DNA of 64,000 bases from Psilocybe cubensis. Taxonomy: Eukaryota. Under the pieces are notes generated by a model. That model made no database searches. It saw only the letters and a list, made by a program, of their open reading frames with translations, and was not told where the DNA came from. Of this stretch, positions 26,924 to 39,479 are shown piece after piece (within the stretch, counting starts at the first letter, position 1; every line of letters begins with the position of its first letter). The DNA lies in assembly GCA_017499595.2 (NCBI GenBank), contig CM039001.1, positions 2,294,001-2,358,000 on the forward strand. The letters are read 5' to 3'. The translations under genes and the position numbers were made by a program.

Positions 26924-27732
26924 ATGTTCCGCTCAGCCATCTCCAACTCTGTCCGCTCTCTGTCCCGCCCTATCGTTTCCAGGGCCGCCGTCAGGCCAAT
27001 TGCTGCCCGTGGCTACCACGAAAAGGTCATTTCTCACTATGAAAAGCCTAGAAACGTACGTCTGGTCTCTCTCCGAAAAGTCTGGACCGACCCGTTTATC
27101 TGATAACAACATGCACAGGTGGGCTCTCTCCCCAAAAATGACCACGACGTTGGAACAGGCCTTGTTGGCGCGCCTGCGTAAGTCTCACCCTTTCTCTTCC
27201 CAATGTCTTGCCTACGCGAGTGGCTGACGGCCGTCCTCGCCATTGGCCCCCCTGTTGCATTGATCAATGCGGAGCTAACCGGGATTTTTTTTTTTCACAG
27301 GTGCGGCGATGTGATGAAGCTGCAGATTCGCGTCGACGACGACGGGATCATCTCGGACGTCAAGTTCAAGACCTTTGGGTGTGGCAGCGCCATTGCTGCC
27401 AGCTCGTATATGACCGAGCGCGTCATGGGCCTTTCTCTTGACGATGCTGGCAAAATCAAGAACACCGAAATTGCCAAGGAATTGTGCCTGCCCCCCGTAA
27501 AGCTACATTGCTCAAGTATGCATCTTACACCCTCGGTCTTTCCTGCGTTGTTTACTGAATTGCGTTCTACTCAGTGTTGGCTGAGGATGCCATCCGTTCG
27601 GCCATTCGGGATTATCGCTCGAAGCGTGCTAAACTTGCTGACGGCAAAGCGAAGACGACGCAAGCCGGCTTCATTGATGTCTCCCAAAACTCTCCGACGG
27701 GCGAAACCAATGCTACGCATCAGCAAGCCTGA
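26924..27732 (+). CDS. ISU1: Mitochondrial Fe-S cluster scaffold IscU/Isu1
   Basis: Presequence, YHEKVISHYEKPRNVG, GLVGAPACGDVMKLQI, FKTFGCGSAIA, LPPVKLHCS.LAEDAI. Confidence 0.97.
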
Positions 27733-28092
27733 TTTGTATCTCTCTACCCCTTGCTTGTTTGTTTTACTCCTTGTTGTCGCATGAAAATTACCGTTATATT
27801 CACATTCTCAGTACCTAGTCTTCATTTTTATTAACCATCTGTACTATAGTTCTATGCATACCATGACCAACTTTTCTTGTCCCATACACATTTGTTGAAA
27901 CAAGAAAATACTAGATTTTGACTGTTACCCTTTTCTTCTGCTGTAAGATGAACTGGACGGATATCGGTCGCAAGTTCGCAACCTTGCATTCAGTCAAAAA
28001 CACATGCAACGAAGTGGTATTAACTCGGCCGATGATGGTTGAAAAGCAGTATAGCAAAAAAAAACCGATGGAATAAATACATAGTGAACGAA

Positions 28093-30267
28093 TCAAGTAC
28101 CTTTCTGACCAACAAAGGAGAAAGTGCCACCGCTGAACCACCTCTCGTTTGCTTCCTTCACTCGCTGGAGCTGCTTGCTGCGGTTGGTCAACTCGAAACC
28201 TAACCCCATGGGAATGTCGTGAGCAGATATAGAACCAAACGTGAAAAACAAAAACACCAACCTTGTGCGGGTGTGACGCTCAAAGATGTCGCGGTACCTG
28301 AAGTCTGCGATTGAGAGGACTGGGCAGACCGGGTGATAGCAGCCGTGCGCAGTTTGTTTGCCTTTGACATTTTCGCTGGTAAATATTTCATTCGTCAGTG
28401 CAAGGACGCGAAGAAAGACGTTTCTTGAGAGTAGAGAGGAGCCCAAGATGCTCACCTCGACTTTTGGCTTCTCCAAGCCCTGCTCTAATTTTGCCCATAC
28501 TTGAACCCATCATACCAAGACCCTTTGTCTGATCAAAGGCACCAACCTCCTCCTCGGCCTCGCCGAACGCCATACGATTTTGCAACTTCCGCAGTTCAGT
28601 TTGAGCATAGGCCTCTTTCGCCTTGCGAGCTCTAAACAAGCACAAGAGGCACATGTTATCAGCAAACCGGAATCAAAAATAATTTTCATTCTCAAGAACA
28701 TGAGAAGGCGTCACTTACCGTTTTCCACCACGACGCTTTTTCGGTCCGTCTCCAGGAATAGGTAGTGCTTTGGTGACTTTTGAAGGTGGGGGTGCAGCTA
28801 ATCTGTCGATATGCTTTTCGATTTTGTCACGAAGCGACTCGCCGAATGAACCTGATCAATGAGAGTTCAAAATCTAACTTAATATCTTGGATAGTGTAAA
28901 CAGACATACCATCTCTCCGAGACCTCTCCAAGTCCATACGGGCAGCGAGAACGCATTTAGCACCGACTGTACGTTGAATTTTGAGTTGATACTCTGGAGG
29001 CGTCTGCGTAACGATTTCAGACTGGAAAATAAATCCTGTATGTCGTTTTTGGGTGGCCGTTGAAAATCCAGCAGTAATTTTTCTTTGGGCACCAAGAAGC
29101 TGTCGAAAGACTATCAAAGTCGTGAAACAAAGACAAGGTCATCGACACGTACATGAGCATTGCAGGCTGGCATTTTGGCGAGACCCGCGAGTCCACCGGC
29201 GACTCCGAGCAGTTTGGCAGCTGTGGTAGTTCCAACAATAGCTGACAGATTGGGTGCAAGTACATTCATTCGTGAACTGACATACATGAAAATCTAAAAA
29301 ATCATAAGGATGTGCTTTCAGAGAGACATTATGAAAGGCACGTACCTTTTTACGGGCTTCTTCTAGTCTGTCTGCAAGATCGCATGCCCGCTGGACAGCA
29401 CCCCATTCTGCGTCGGAAAGTTGTTTTCCCGAAGTGGTTGTTGATGTGACGGCAACACTCATGATGATAGCGGGAGGAAGGACACCTTGAAGATCGGCTT
29501 TCGCGAGCTCCTGTAGTGAAAAAATGAGATACGCATGCGTGCAAAAGAAGGCATGAAGGGGCGCACCTCGACGTTGGCCAGAGCGCGTACGGAGCGTATG
29601 TACATGGCCGGATCTGTGACGAGCTGCTCAAGTTCTGGGAAGCGAGGGGCATAATGGTCGCGGATGAACTGGATGAAGAAATGGGTGAAAGTCGAAGAGT
29701 AGATAGTGATGGGACTGACCTTGTGCACGACGAGAATTTCGTTATCGACATCGACGGAAAGATTGTTTGCCTGGACAATGACATTATATTCTGGATTTAA
29801 ATGAGCAGGGAGGGCCATTTGAGCATTGGGAGTTGGGTTTGCTTGGTACTTGTCAATATCCTGTGGATATCGTAAGTCAGCAGTGGTTTCTATAGAGAAA
29901 ACGAACGGACCTTGAGGATATCGTTCATACGCTTGCTGCCCTCGAGCTTGGCAATCTTGCTAACATCCTCGATGCCTCCGAGCTCCATGCGCTGAACATC
30001 CTCTGCATCGAGTTCTTCGGCAGGCTTTATTCCTCCCTCGAGAACGAGGCCACCGACCTCTATGGGCTTTCCATCGGGGCATTTGGGGGAGTCGTCGTCG
30101 GCATCATCGTCTGACATGTCCTCGTCGCCATCGCCTGCTGCTTTGCGCTTGAGACCATTTGAGGAGGAGGCGAGAGGCGAGGGGACATTCTGCTGCTCCT
30201 CTTCCTCTTCCTCTCCGCCAGAGAAGCCTTCGAGATCGGCGAGGAGTTCGTCTGCGAGTCCGCTCAT
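28093..30267 (-). CDS. PRP31: U4/U6.U5 tri-snRNP protein Prp31
   Basis: [62 protein letters not shown]. Confidence 0.95.
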
Positions 30268-30587
30268 GGATGTGGTTTTGAGTTGAAGTGCGTCGGCGCG
30301 GTGGACAGAAAGAGAGTGACCGTGGGAATAGCTGAAATTGGAAAGTCAGGGGCGAGGAGGCGACAAGTTGTGTGTTACTATTACCATTACTATTGCTATA
30401 CTACATAGTAACAGTAATACAGCAAAGAAGACTGACTCTCCATTGGCTATGATTATGATGCTAGGTATGGAGCGCAGAGGACCTGAAGGGGTGATGACGT
30501 CGACGGATTTGTCATGTTGCGTCATTGATCCAAGGCGGGACTGATAACTAGAATTTTACGACGATTTCTCCCCATCCTCCCCCAACA

Positions 30588-32960
30588 ATGCCCCCCGGTG
30601 TCATCCACGCCTTCAAAAGTACGCCCCCGCTCTTTTCTTTTTCTCTTCCTCGCTGACCCTCCCAGGTCTTATCCGCCATGGAAAGCACCACGCTGAAGTC
30701 GCTAAACACGACAACCACATCTCCCAAGTTCCCCCAGATCCGAGTCCAGAAGACACTGACAACTCACGTGGCTTACGTCACAACGTCCACAACAACCACC
30801 ATCCAGACAACCAGTCAAAGCCAATGTCGCCCCCAGCGAGAGAGGTAGCAGAGCAAATCGTCGATGAGGAGCGCAAGGCAAAGGCAAAGATGCCCTCCTA
30901 CAAGGGCCTCGAGAATTTCAGGCTTGAGGACAAGATGGGAGAGTACGTCACCCGTCCATCATTCCCCGACATATCCTGATCAGCTGCCCAGCGGCGCCTT
31001 TTCCAATGTCTATCGTGCCGTCGACCTCACCTCTGGCAAAAAGGTCGCCAGTGAGTCCACTTGCTCAATTTAGCACTCGTTCTATCCTCACCTTATTGCC
31101 TCCAGTCAAGGTCGTCCGCAAGTATGAGCTTAATTCCTCCCAGGTACGTGCCGTGCTCCATTTTTCCTTGCCTTCTTTCTCTTTTTATTTGTTTTATGTA
31201 TACTTACACTTGATTTTCGTTCCATTTGGCCTTCTTGCGCGCGTCCTTTCTTTCTTGAACATTAGGCAGGTGATAAACACTTGAATCCTCAGTTCAAGAA
31301 GAAGCCCCGCGTTACAGAGGTGCCGTTTTATCTTCATTCCCCTCTCAGGTCTCCGCTTTGTGTTCTGACCTCCATCCCTTACCATAGCGTGCAAATATTC
31401 TCAAGGGTTGGTCTTGATGTGTTTTTTCCGTTATTTTAAAACAACCACTGATTTTCGCCTTAAAGAGGTCCAGATTATTCGGGGAACTTCTCATCCCTCG
31501 ATCGTAAAACTTTACTCTTTCTCCGAGTCAGAGGAATATTATTACCTCGTCATGGAGTGTAAGTGTTTTGCCTTTGGCCAAGCCTCCATCTTATCTAATC
31601 TTTTTTTCAAGTGATGGAAGGAGGAGAACTTTTCCACCAGATCGTCAAGCTTACCTATTTCAGCGAGAACCTTGCTCGTCATGTCATTTTGCAGGTAGCT
31701 CGTGGTATTAGGTACCTACATGAAGAACGTGGTGTCGTGCATCGAGACATCAAGCCAGAAAACCTTCTGTTCGAAAGAATTCCCATCATCCCGTCAAAAA
31801 ATCCTATACATCGTCCCTATGACGAAGAAAAGGAGGACGAGGGCGAGTTCATTCCCGGCGTGGGTGGCGGCGGCATTGGCCGCGTTAAAATCGCCGATTT
31901 TGGTCTCAGTAAAGTCGTCTGGAACGAGGAGACCATGACCCCATGCGGAACCGTTGGTTATACTGCCCCGGAAATTGTTAAAGATGAACGATACAGCAAA
32001 AGCGTCGATATGTGGGCCCTCGGCTGCGTTCTGTATACCCTTCTTTGTGGTTTCCCCCCTTTCTACGATGAGAGCATAAATGTTCTTACCGAAAAGGTCG
32101 CGAGGGGTTATTATACTTTCCTTAGTCCCTGGTGGGATGATATCAGTCATTCTGGTACGAATCCATCGGCTTATTTCCTCCTAATGTATCACTTTTACTC
32201 ACTTATACTACTTGATCCAGCTAAGGATCTTATAAGCCATCTACTATGCGTAGACCCTGCACAGCGTTATACGATCGACGAGTTCCTAAATCACCCATGG
32301 TGCAACGCAGCCCCAGCCCCAGCTCCTCCCGCCACCCCATATACGTACGGAAATCTTAAGGATCCACTTTCAAATCAGCCACTCGATTCTCCGCTTTTGT
32401 CGGCAGCCAGGGGTGGTCGCATACACGAGGGACGCAGTCCTGGAATCGCCACGCTCAAAGAGGCCTTTGATATTACCTATGCGGTACACCGGATGGAGGA
32501 AGAGGGTGCCAGGAGACGAAAGTATAATGGCCGCGGCGGTGCAGGTACTCGTGGATTCTTAACCAACTTGAACGAGGACGACGAAGAGGAAACGGAATAT
32601 GGCAGCGAAGAGACGAGTGACGACGAGGCGGCGCAACGCCGATACCAACAAAACGCGGCGGAAGGTCAGCAGGCCCATATCCCTCATGCATCTGTTATGG
32701 AAGGACGAGCTGGTCAGAGGGACCAAGGCGGCCGAGGCAGGGTTATCACCGCTGCAGGCGCGGGCCAGCCTGATCCTACCCAAAGTAAAACTCGAACACC
32801 TGGACGGTCAAGAGCTGCCCATAAAGGATTCGAGTTGGATTTGGACGGTGCCACTCTTCTCGGACGCAGGGGTAAACGTGCAGTTGGGGTGTCGAGCCCT
32901 TTGAAGATGGAGGGTTTGCACGTGAACGATGAACGAGCCGGGAGCCCCATGCATCTATAG
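30588..32960 (+). CDS. CAMK-family MAPK-activated kinase (Srk1/Rck2-like)
   Basis: KMPSYKGLE, GAFSNVY, GGELFHQIVKLTYFSE, VVHRDIKPENLLF, Gly-rich insert GVGGGGIGRVKIADFGLSK typical of Rck1/Rck2/Srk1, TPCGTVGYTAPE. Confidence 0.9.
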
Positions 32961-35900
32961 ATTAAAACGTCGGATGCGTTTTTAACCCCCAACGTCATCA
33001 GTGGGTGACGACGTTCCATCTGCACACATCCCTATTGTACACTATCGCCCTTGCATTTGGTCTGGCATCTTTCCTTTGTATTCCGTCTTATGTATCATCC
33101 TTTTCGTTTCGGTTCTTTGTTTTACATACACCATACTGTGTAATCTGCATATATCCCTACTGAACATTTTTTCTGACATTCTGTTCGGTCCTTTGGCTAT
33201 TTTCGACGCTCAACTCTTCTTTATCTTTATTTTTTTCCTTTCATTGTACTTGACTGGGCATTCATGTTGCATATAACACAGACGGACAACGCGCATGTTG
33301 TAGAATATTACACGAGAGCAATGCACGCCTGCACACTGGTTTCCAATTTCCTTTTTTTTAGTAGAACGTTTTTGCTTTCATCACCGTAAGGGTTTTTGGT
33401 TGGTTATTCTGATCTACCCTTCCAAGTTTTCTATGCGCCAGTTCAACGGGCTTTCTCCCCATCGAGGGTATACTATTCTGCGGTGGAATCCTCCGAGTAC
33501 GTAAAATTGACATCCTCACTCATTACCCCACATACCGGTGCAATTCAATTGCAACGACAGTGACATACCACACCCCCCATTTCCACAAACACCCATTCTC
33601 GACGCAGGATGTGCACAACTTGGGGTCCCTTGTTTCCATTTGCTTGTAGTTATTCAAGTCTCAGGGTGCAAGGAGTAAATATAGCGGTATTTACCCGTCT
33701 CTAGCTACCCAAAATCCATATTATCCTTATCATATCAGACTCAGCGAGACGCGGCGCGTAAGCAAAGAGTCGCTTCTGCTTTGGTAACAGGAAACAGGCT
33801 GGCCTCGTACAGATGGCCGTCGACAGAGTTCGACAGTCACGCCGATCAGCAAAACTGATCAAGGTTCGAACCCGACCCTCTCAAAAAATTGAATGTGTGG
33901 CGCATTTAGAACCAACAATTACTGGATTTAGTCGAGTAAGGCACGGGGGCACGGGCTTTTGTCCAAGGAGAAGCCCCCCTGGAGAAGTCTGGGGAAGCAC
34001 AGAAAGGAACCAATGGGAAATTCCAAAAAAGCAGTGCAACCATGAAAAAGAATTTTCGATATTTTGTAAATCCGGAGTGAGTACGTATGCTTCTTTTTTC
34101 ATTTCCGTGGTCAGCCTCAACTTTTTTGATTTTTGAACTTTCAGCCTTCTTATAATTGTACTAGTCCCAGGGGACACCCGACACTTGACGCAACCGATGA
34201 AGAAATCGTGGAAAACCTAGGAGGTTGTTCTGGAGATGGATATGCGCAGTCGACTCTGGGTTTTTAATAGACGAGATACATCCAGTACGAAGTATCCGCG
34301 TAGTCGGAGTATAGTGGTTGTTTTGGGTACAAGGCACAAGGAGGTGAAGTAAGCAATAGACTCGCGTGAAAGTACAGCGATGCTGTGAAAATAAAGAAAA
34401 AAGCAGGTATAGAGGCAATTGCCGTTGTCATACCTCGACAGTAACTTTAAGTGTTCTAACCATAACTCCGAGAAAGGGGTGGGTATGATTTGCAGTACCA
34501 ATACACATACACGGAAACTCTGACGCACGTAGAATCGTGAATGGCCTGTAGGTGGATAAAATAGGTTCGAACCCCTTGATGTTTTATTCTCGAGTTTGAG
34601 GGGCTACAATCCTTTTATGGTGTTGGTTTCTGTGCTTCTGCTGGTCTTGTCAACTTTAGTCTCGCAAATATCCAGCGGCAGACGCCTGGCAGAAGATATC
34701 CGAATAAACGCGGTTTCCGACGAAACAATGGACTGATGAGTACGCCGAAACCTCGGGGTAAACTGTACACAATGTTGCAGAGATTGGCGGTATTATTCTG
34801 CCCTTCGTGGATCAAAATTCAATCAACATCTTGATCATCGAAGGACCCACATACCATGATGGATATATGTACTTTCTCCTGTCGACTGTTGAAATATTCA
34901 GTGTAACGTTTAGTCTTCCAAGGCTGTTGTTAATCAACCCACAAAAGGTTCGCGCACAAGGAAAGACCAATTTACCGAATACTTTCAGGGTCAACTGTCG
35001 ATTAACCTTTTCCACGTCGAAATAAACACTAAACATGGACTGAGGGAATGGCATGGAGGATTTCGTAAAGACATGAGCAATCCCCTTGAAAGATTAATTG
35101 CCTCGACAAAGCGACTTGAAGCGATTATGAACGTCATTCCCTAAAAGAGCATAATTGTATTGGACTGTGATGAAACAACTGGGGTAGGGCGCTTATGCTG
35201 TGAGTAGTTGATGGTGAAGATGCAATCATCTGTACATGTGCAGATCTACAACGCCCGGACCGGGTGAAAAGGCGTTCACCCGCGTAAACATACAGCGCTG
35301 GACATTTGGTCTTGCTCAGATGCATATTATGACCACCCTGAGAAATACCGCTCAATTAAACTCAATCATGTCACCGAAAACCTCTCGGAGTTCGCTTCCG
35401 CAACGTTGAGTTTAGGTGGATTTTATGCTGGTAGGCGACCGATTCAAAGAAGCCTGCACAAGGACATGTCTTCTGCCGCAAGCGTGGGTTTCATCCAACG
35501 GTTCCACCGAGCCAATGCACAATATTATGACTGATCAATTGCTCAGTTGAATTGTTGAGTGGATTTGCATGAACCGAAAAGTGTACCAGGTATTCAAGAG
35601 GTGTCGGGAAATTAAGCCTGAAGCGACCTTTCATGGCCCAAAATAATGAACCCGTTCTAGAAAATGGTGGTTGAGAAAAGGAAATGTCTCTTTTAGCACT
35701 GTTCAGGATATGGTGTCTGGGGGTTGTTGCAACTACCGCCTCAGTCAGACGTTCCGAGCTGAAGCGTTGTCACGGTGTAACCAGTAAAACGGATAAGACA
35801 GTCCAATATGAATTCAGGGATACCAATTGCTCCTTTAACAAAACGCAGATCGTATTTGAGGGGCCTGGTAGGGCGGGAGACGAATGCGACTTCACGCAGC

Positions 35901-38559
35901 AAATAGCAGATAGTAAAGTGGGGCTAGACTGACACATTGAGGGGTCCGATTGTAGTAGCGGAGGTGTGAAGAAATAAAACTGCCAAATGAAATGACAAAT
36001 CCGCGGTCGATAGAGGCCATATTAGCCTTGAAATCCTGAAATTCGGATGAGTGACAATATCCAAAGCCAGTATATGAGATTTTTGCGTCAAAGTCTTGCG
36101 CGATATGTCAGCGTCTTCCCCATTCGCCGAGGTGTCAACAACATCGCAAGTTCACTACGAGAGGTTCAGAGGCATAATATACGAGCATTCGTCATAAGGA
36201 GATTAGACATTGTGAAAGCGGAGGTCTTCTGCTCTACAACCTTGGTCTTGGGCCTGGTCTCATGTCGAGCAGGTAATATGCTAAGCGGATCGGCAAGTAA
36301 GGGGGGAAATTTGCTTGTCCACGACGGTTTGGGGTAGGTTCGTTAATCCGGTGCATGCGTCGTGAGACTGAAGCGAGGTATATTCCACTTTGCCGTAATC
36401 ATCCCGTGAAGAGAACAAGTGCTCAGAGTTGGGAGACAAAGAGATGATGATGTAGATAAAAAGATCGATAAGGTGTCCTATGACCGGAGGCAATCGAAAT
36501 AGGACCATACAGTGAATACTGGAGCAGAAAATGGTGCTAATCAGGATTGATAATGTGGGATAGAATTCGGATGCCTGCTTGCACAACCGAACGATGGAGA
36601 CGAGTTGTACTCTCCGACGCTATGGCTCACAGTACGTGTGATTATATCGCACAAATGCCACCTTTGGAGATGAATTACTTTCGGTTTTGACATGGGGTGC
36701 TTTTTAGATAAGGATAGGTTCGTGATGAAAGATTGGTGCTGGTAAGAATAGCGTTCGTCTGACAAAACATAAGGAATACCTGTAGACGAGAATAGATCTT
36801 CTTTGTGCTTCTGATCATCTTTTTGACTTTTCGTCATTTTGGACTAGTGACTTCTTGCTTATTACGATGAACACAAACATTCCGTTTGTTGCCTTTGCAC
36901 CAAAATGAGATCCGTATATAGCAATTGCTAGGGTCATATCTGTGAATGTGGATAAGGCCTTTTGTGATCCAGACCGACTAGATAGATTTTGATGAATCGA
37001 GGCACTGGACATATGTCCGATGACCTTGCTCCCTAACAAGGACGGCATAGGCAAAAGACAAAAGATTTCTAGAAACCCAGACGTTAGTTAAAATTGAAAT
37101 GAACATTTGAGCATTTGGCACAGTACTGACACTAGCACGTCCAAAGCAATGTAACAACACTGACGAGCTGGGCTGGATGATTCCGACATTCGCACGAGGT
37201 GCAAGATCTGGGATGTCGCTGCCATAAAAGAGAAGCCTTGGGATGCAAGTAGATTGACCGCATGGAGTGAATCGGCAATTCAAAAAGAAAGGGTTCCACG
37301 GATAGAAATCTAGCGCAGATAACAGCAATAAGCAGGGAATGGTAGTGGATAAACCGCGTTCCGATTGACCACAGAAGAGCCTCGGAAAGTCGTAAATGGT
37401 CGAGAAACTTTACCGGGGCGTACGGAATGAGTCGCGAGTCCACGGCGGAACCCTGCAGCTCCGATTATTTTGAAAATGGGGCTTGCAATACAGTACGTAT
37501 GAAAAGATGGACTGAAATGGATGAGTTGCGCCTCTCCCTGTGTGGAAAATTGGAGCAAATGCATTCCACATTTGTTATATTTGCAAATTCTACATTATTG
37601 CTTCAAAGTTGACGATCGTGAGCTGTGCAATACCGCATTTTAGACTTGATCAGCAGACATTGCAGGCAGGCTATTCTTACCTACTGCATTTACGCCAAAA
37701 TAAACTGAGGCTGTCGTCATACTTTTCTAGACGAACAGACAGACACGGAAATGAACTCGGTACCACGAAAAAAGGACTGTATAAGGTATGTGAGTAAAAA
37801 GCAAAGGGCATTGTAAAGTTTCTCACAAGTCAGTTGTAAAAAAGGTTCAATCCGAACCCTTAAACGGTCCGAAGTCAACATGTATCATTGTTCGATAATC
37901 GAATGAACATTGGACCGTAAGCACAACCTAAGTGGCCACCCCGGAAACGCGATGGGGTGAATCGGTTGCTAGCATGGGAACCGAAAGTGAACGTGGTAAT
38001 CCAAGCTAAAACGACCTGGTGGTATCGGAAATGCATAACAAAGGTTTACGATGAAAGTGAAGGATCGCCATCACAGAAAAGGCTTCTCTTGAGAATTGTC
38101 ATTTACACAGAACGAGATCGAAGATGCCACCCGACATGGAAGCAAACGTGAAGGCGAGAGAAGACTGAGAGTCTAGATGGTAGATACTGATGAGTCAAAC
38201 AATGTTGTTGCTCCTAAAGTCCGTGAATCGGATAGTTGGTGAGAGTTTACTTGAAAAGTAAAGCATATCATGTCGATTGTCAGAGGCCGCCGTCAGGAAA
38301 ACATTTGTGGTGGAAGTCACAAATGAGTGTCCGATTCGGGCTCGGAGGCGGCGTGAGTAGGTGGGTCACAGCACGTGATAAGCGCCGGGGAGTCGGTGGT
38401 CCGTGCGTTTTTCCAAATGAATAAATGCGGGCGTCGGTCATTGAAGCACCTCATACTTACCTTGATGGCATAAGCCCCTTCACGTACCTGGGTTTATGGG
38501 CCATGGAGATCCTCCATAGCACGGCGACCATGTCCTCAGAGGGTGTCTGTGGTTTGTAT

Positions 38560-39150
38560 GGGCTCAGGCTCATGCACCGTCTCAATATTTCCCGGTCCTG
38601 CTTCGGCCACTCTGGCTGGGCAGGCTTCCTTTTTGACTGTCCGGGGTCCTAACCCTAACCTTAAGCAACAGTCTTTTTCTATGAATAGAGTTGGCGATCT
38701 GTGATCGCAGTGCATATTTTGTAAAGACAGCTAGATCAGCAACAACAAATCCCATTTTTAAAACATTTTCGTGTCTGTTGAGCAATCAGTAATCACTACC
38801 CATGTTACCCTGATCCTGCACTTATCAGAATTGCAATCACCTAGAGATAATCGCAAATTGTTTGCTGTTGGCTGAAAAACTGATTGCATCCTTCATTTTG
38901 CTCTATATGTGTACACTGTACAGCAAAGTCGGGATCTATGATCAAGAAGTCGCTGATGCTTCGCATGGTCCCTTACTCGGATAACCCGAAATGTTGACGT
39001 CCCTGGTCCCGTTAGCTATCACTCCCCGACAACCCAACTACATCTTGCTAGCACTATGTAACTGAAAGATCAGGTCGAACGGCGTTTGTTGCCGAGATGT
39101 CTCTATCGCGGCTTATTAGGCCCACTTACATCTTCTCAATAGACGCTCCG
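38560..39150 (+). ncRNA. Candidate telomerase RNA (ends undefined)
   Basis: CCTAACCCTAACC at 38648-38660; nested hairpin 38590-38646 just upstream; pseudoknot-type pairings 38736-38887; three-way-junction-like element 39040-39100; no credible ORF. Pairings identified by eye only. Confidence 0.45.
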
Positions 39151-39479
39151 TCACGTATTCGATCTTGACATGTTTGTGTCTATCTGTTTGGCGTTGAACC
39201 GCACTCAATGTATTGACACGGGGGTACGCGCTATAAGCAATCCCAGTGCCACACATCTGTCGGTGTATATCTAGACAAGTGCGACTGTCGGGCACGCTCT
39301 GAGCGATGTGGGATCCTTTTAGAGGGACGTATATTTACATCTTCTGTAAACAGTATAGCTGTGCTCCGACTGGGACATCATCTGATATCAAATGATGGCT
39401 CCATACAGCGGATGGGTTGCAATAGACTCTAAAAGGTTGCAGTGCTGAGTGGATGTAATAGGATATTATGTGTATGAAT

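Noticed and set aside
32155-32220. 22-aa insertion in the kinase C-lobe within ORF 31611-32960
   Set aside because: It is an ordinary 66-nt GT-AG intron that happens to be in frame; stop-free short introns are common.
33801-33885. tRNA gene
   Set aside because: T-loop motif present, but the T-stem and acceptor stem do not pair.
38648-38660. Interstitial telomere array or chromosome fusion scar
   Set aside because: Only about two units with no degenerate repeats around it. Kept as a template candidate instead; a chance match is still possible.
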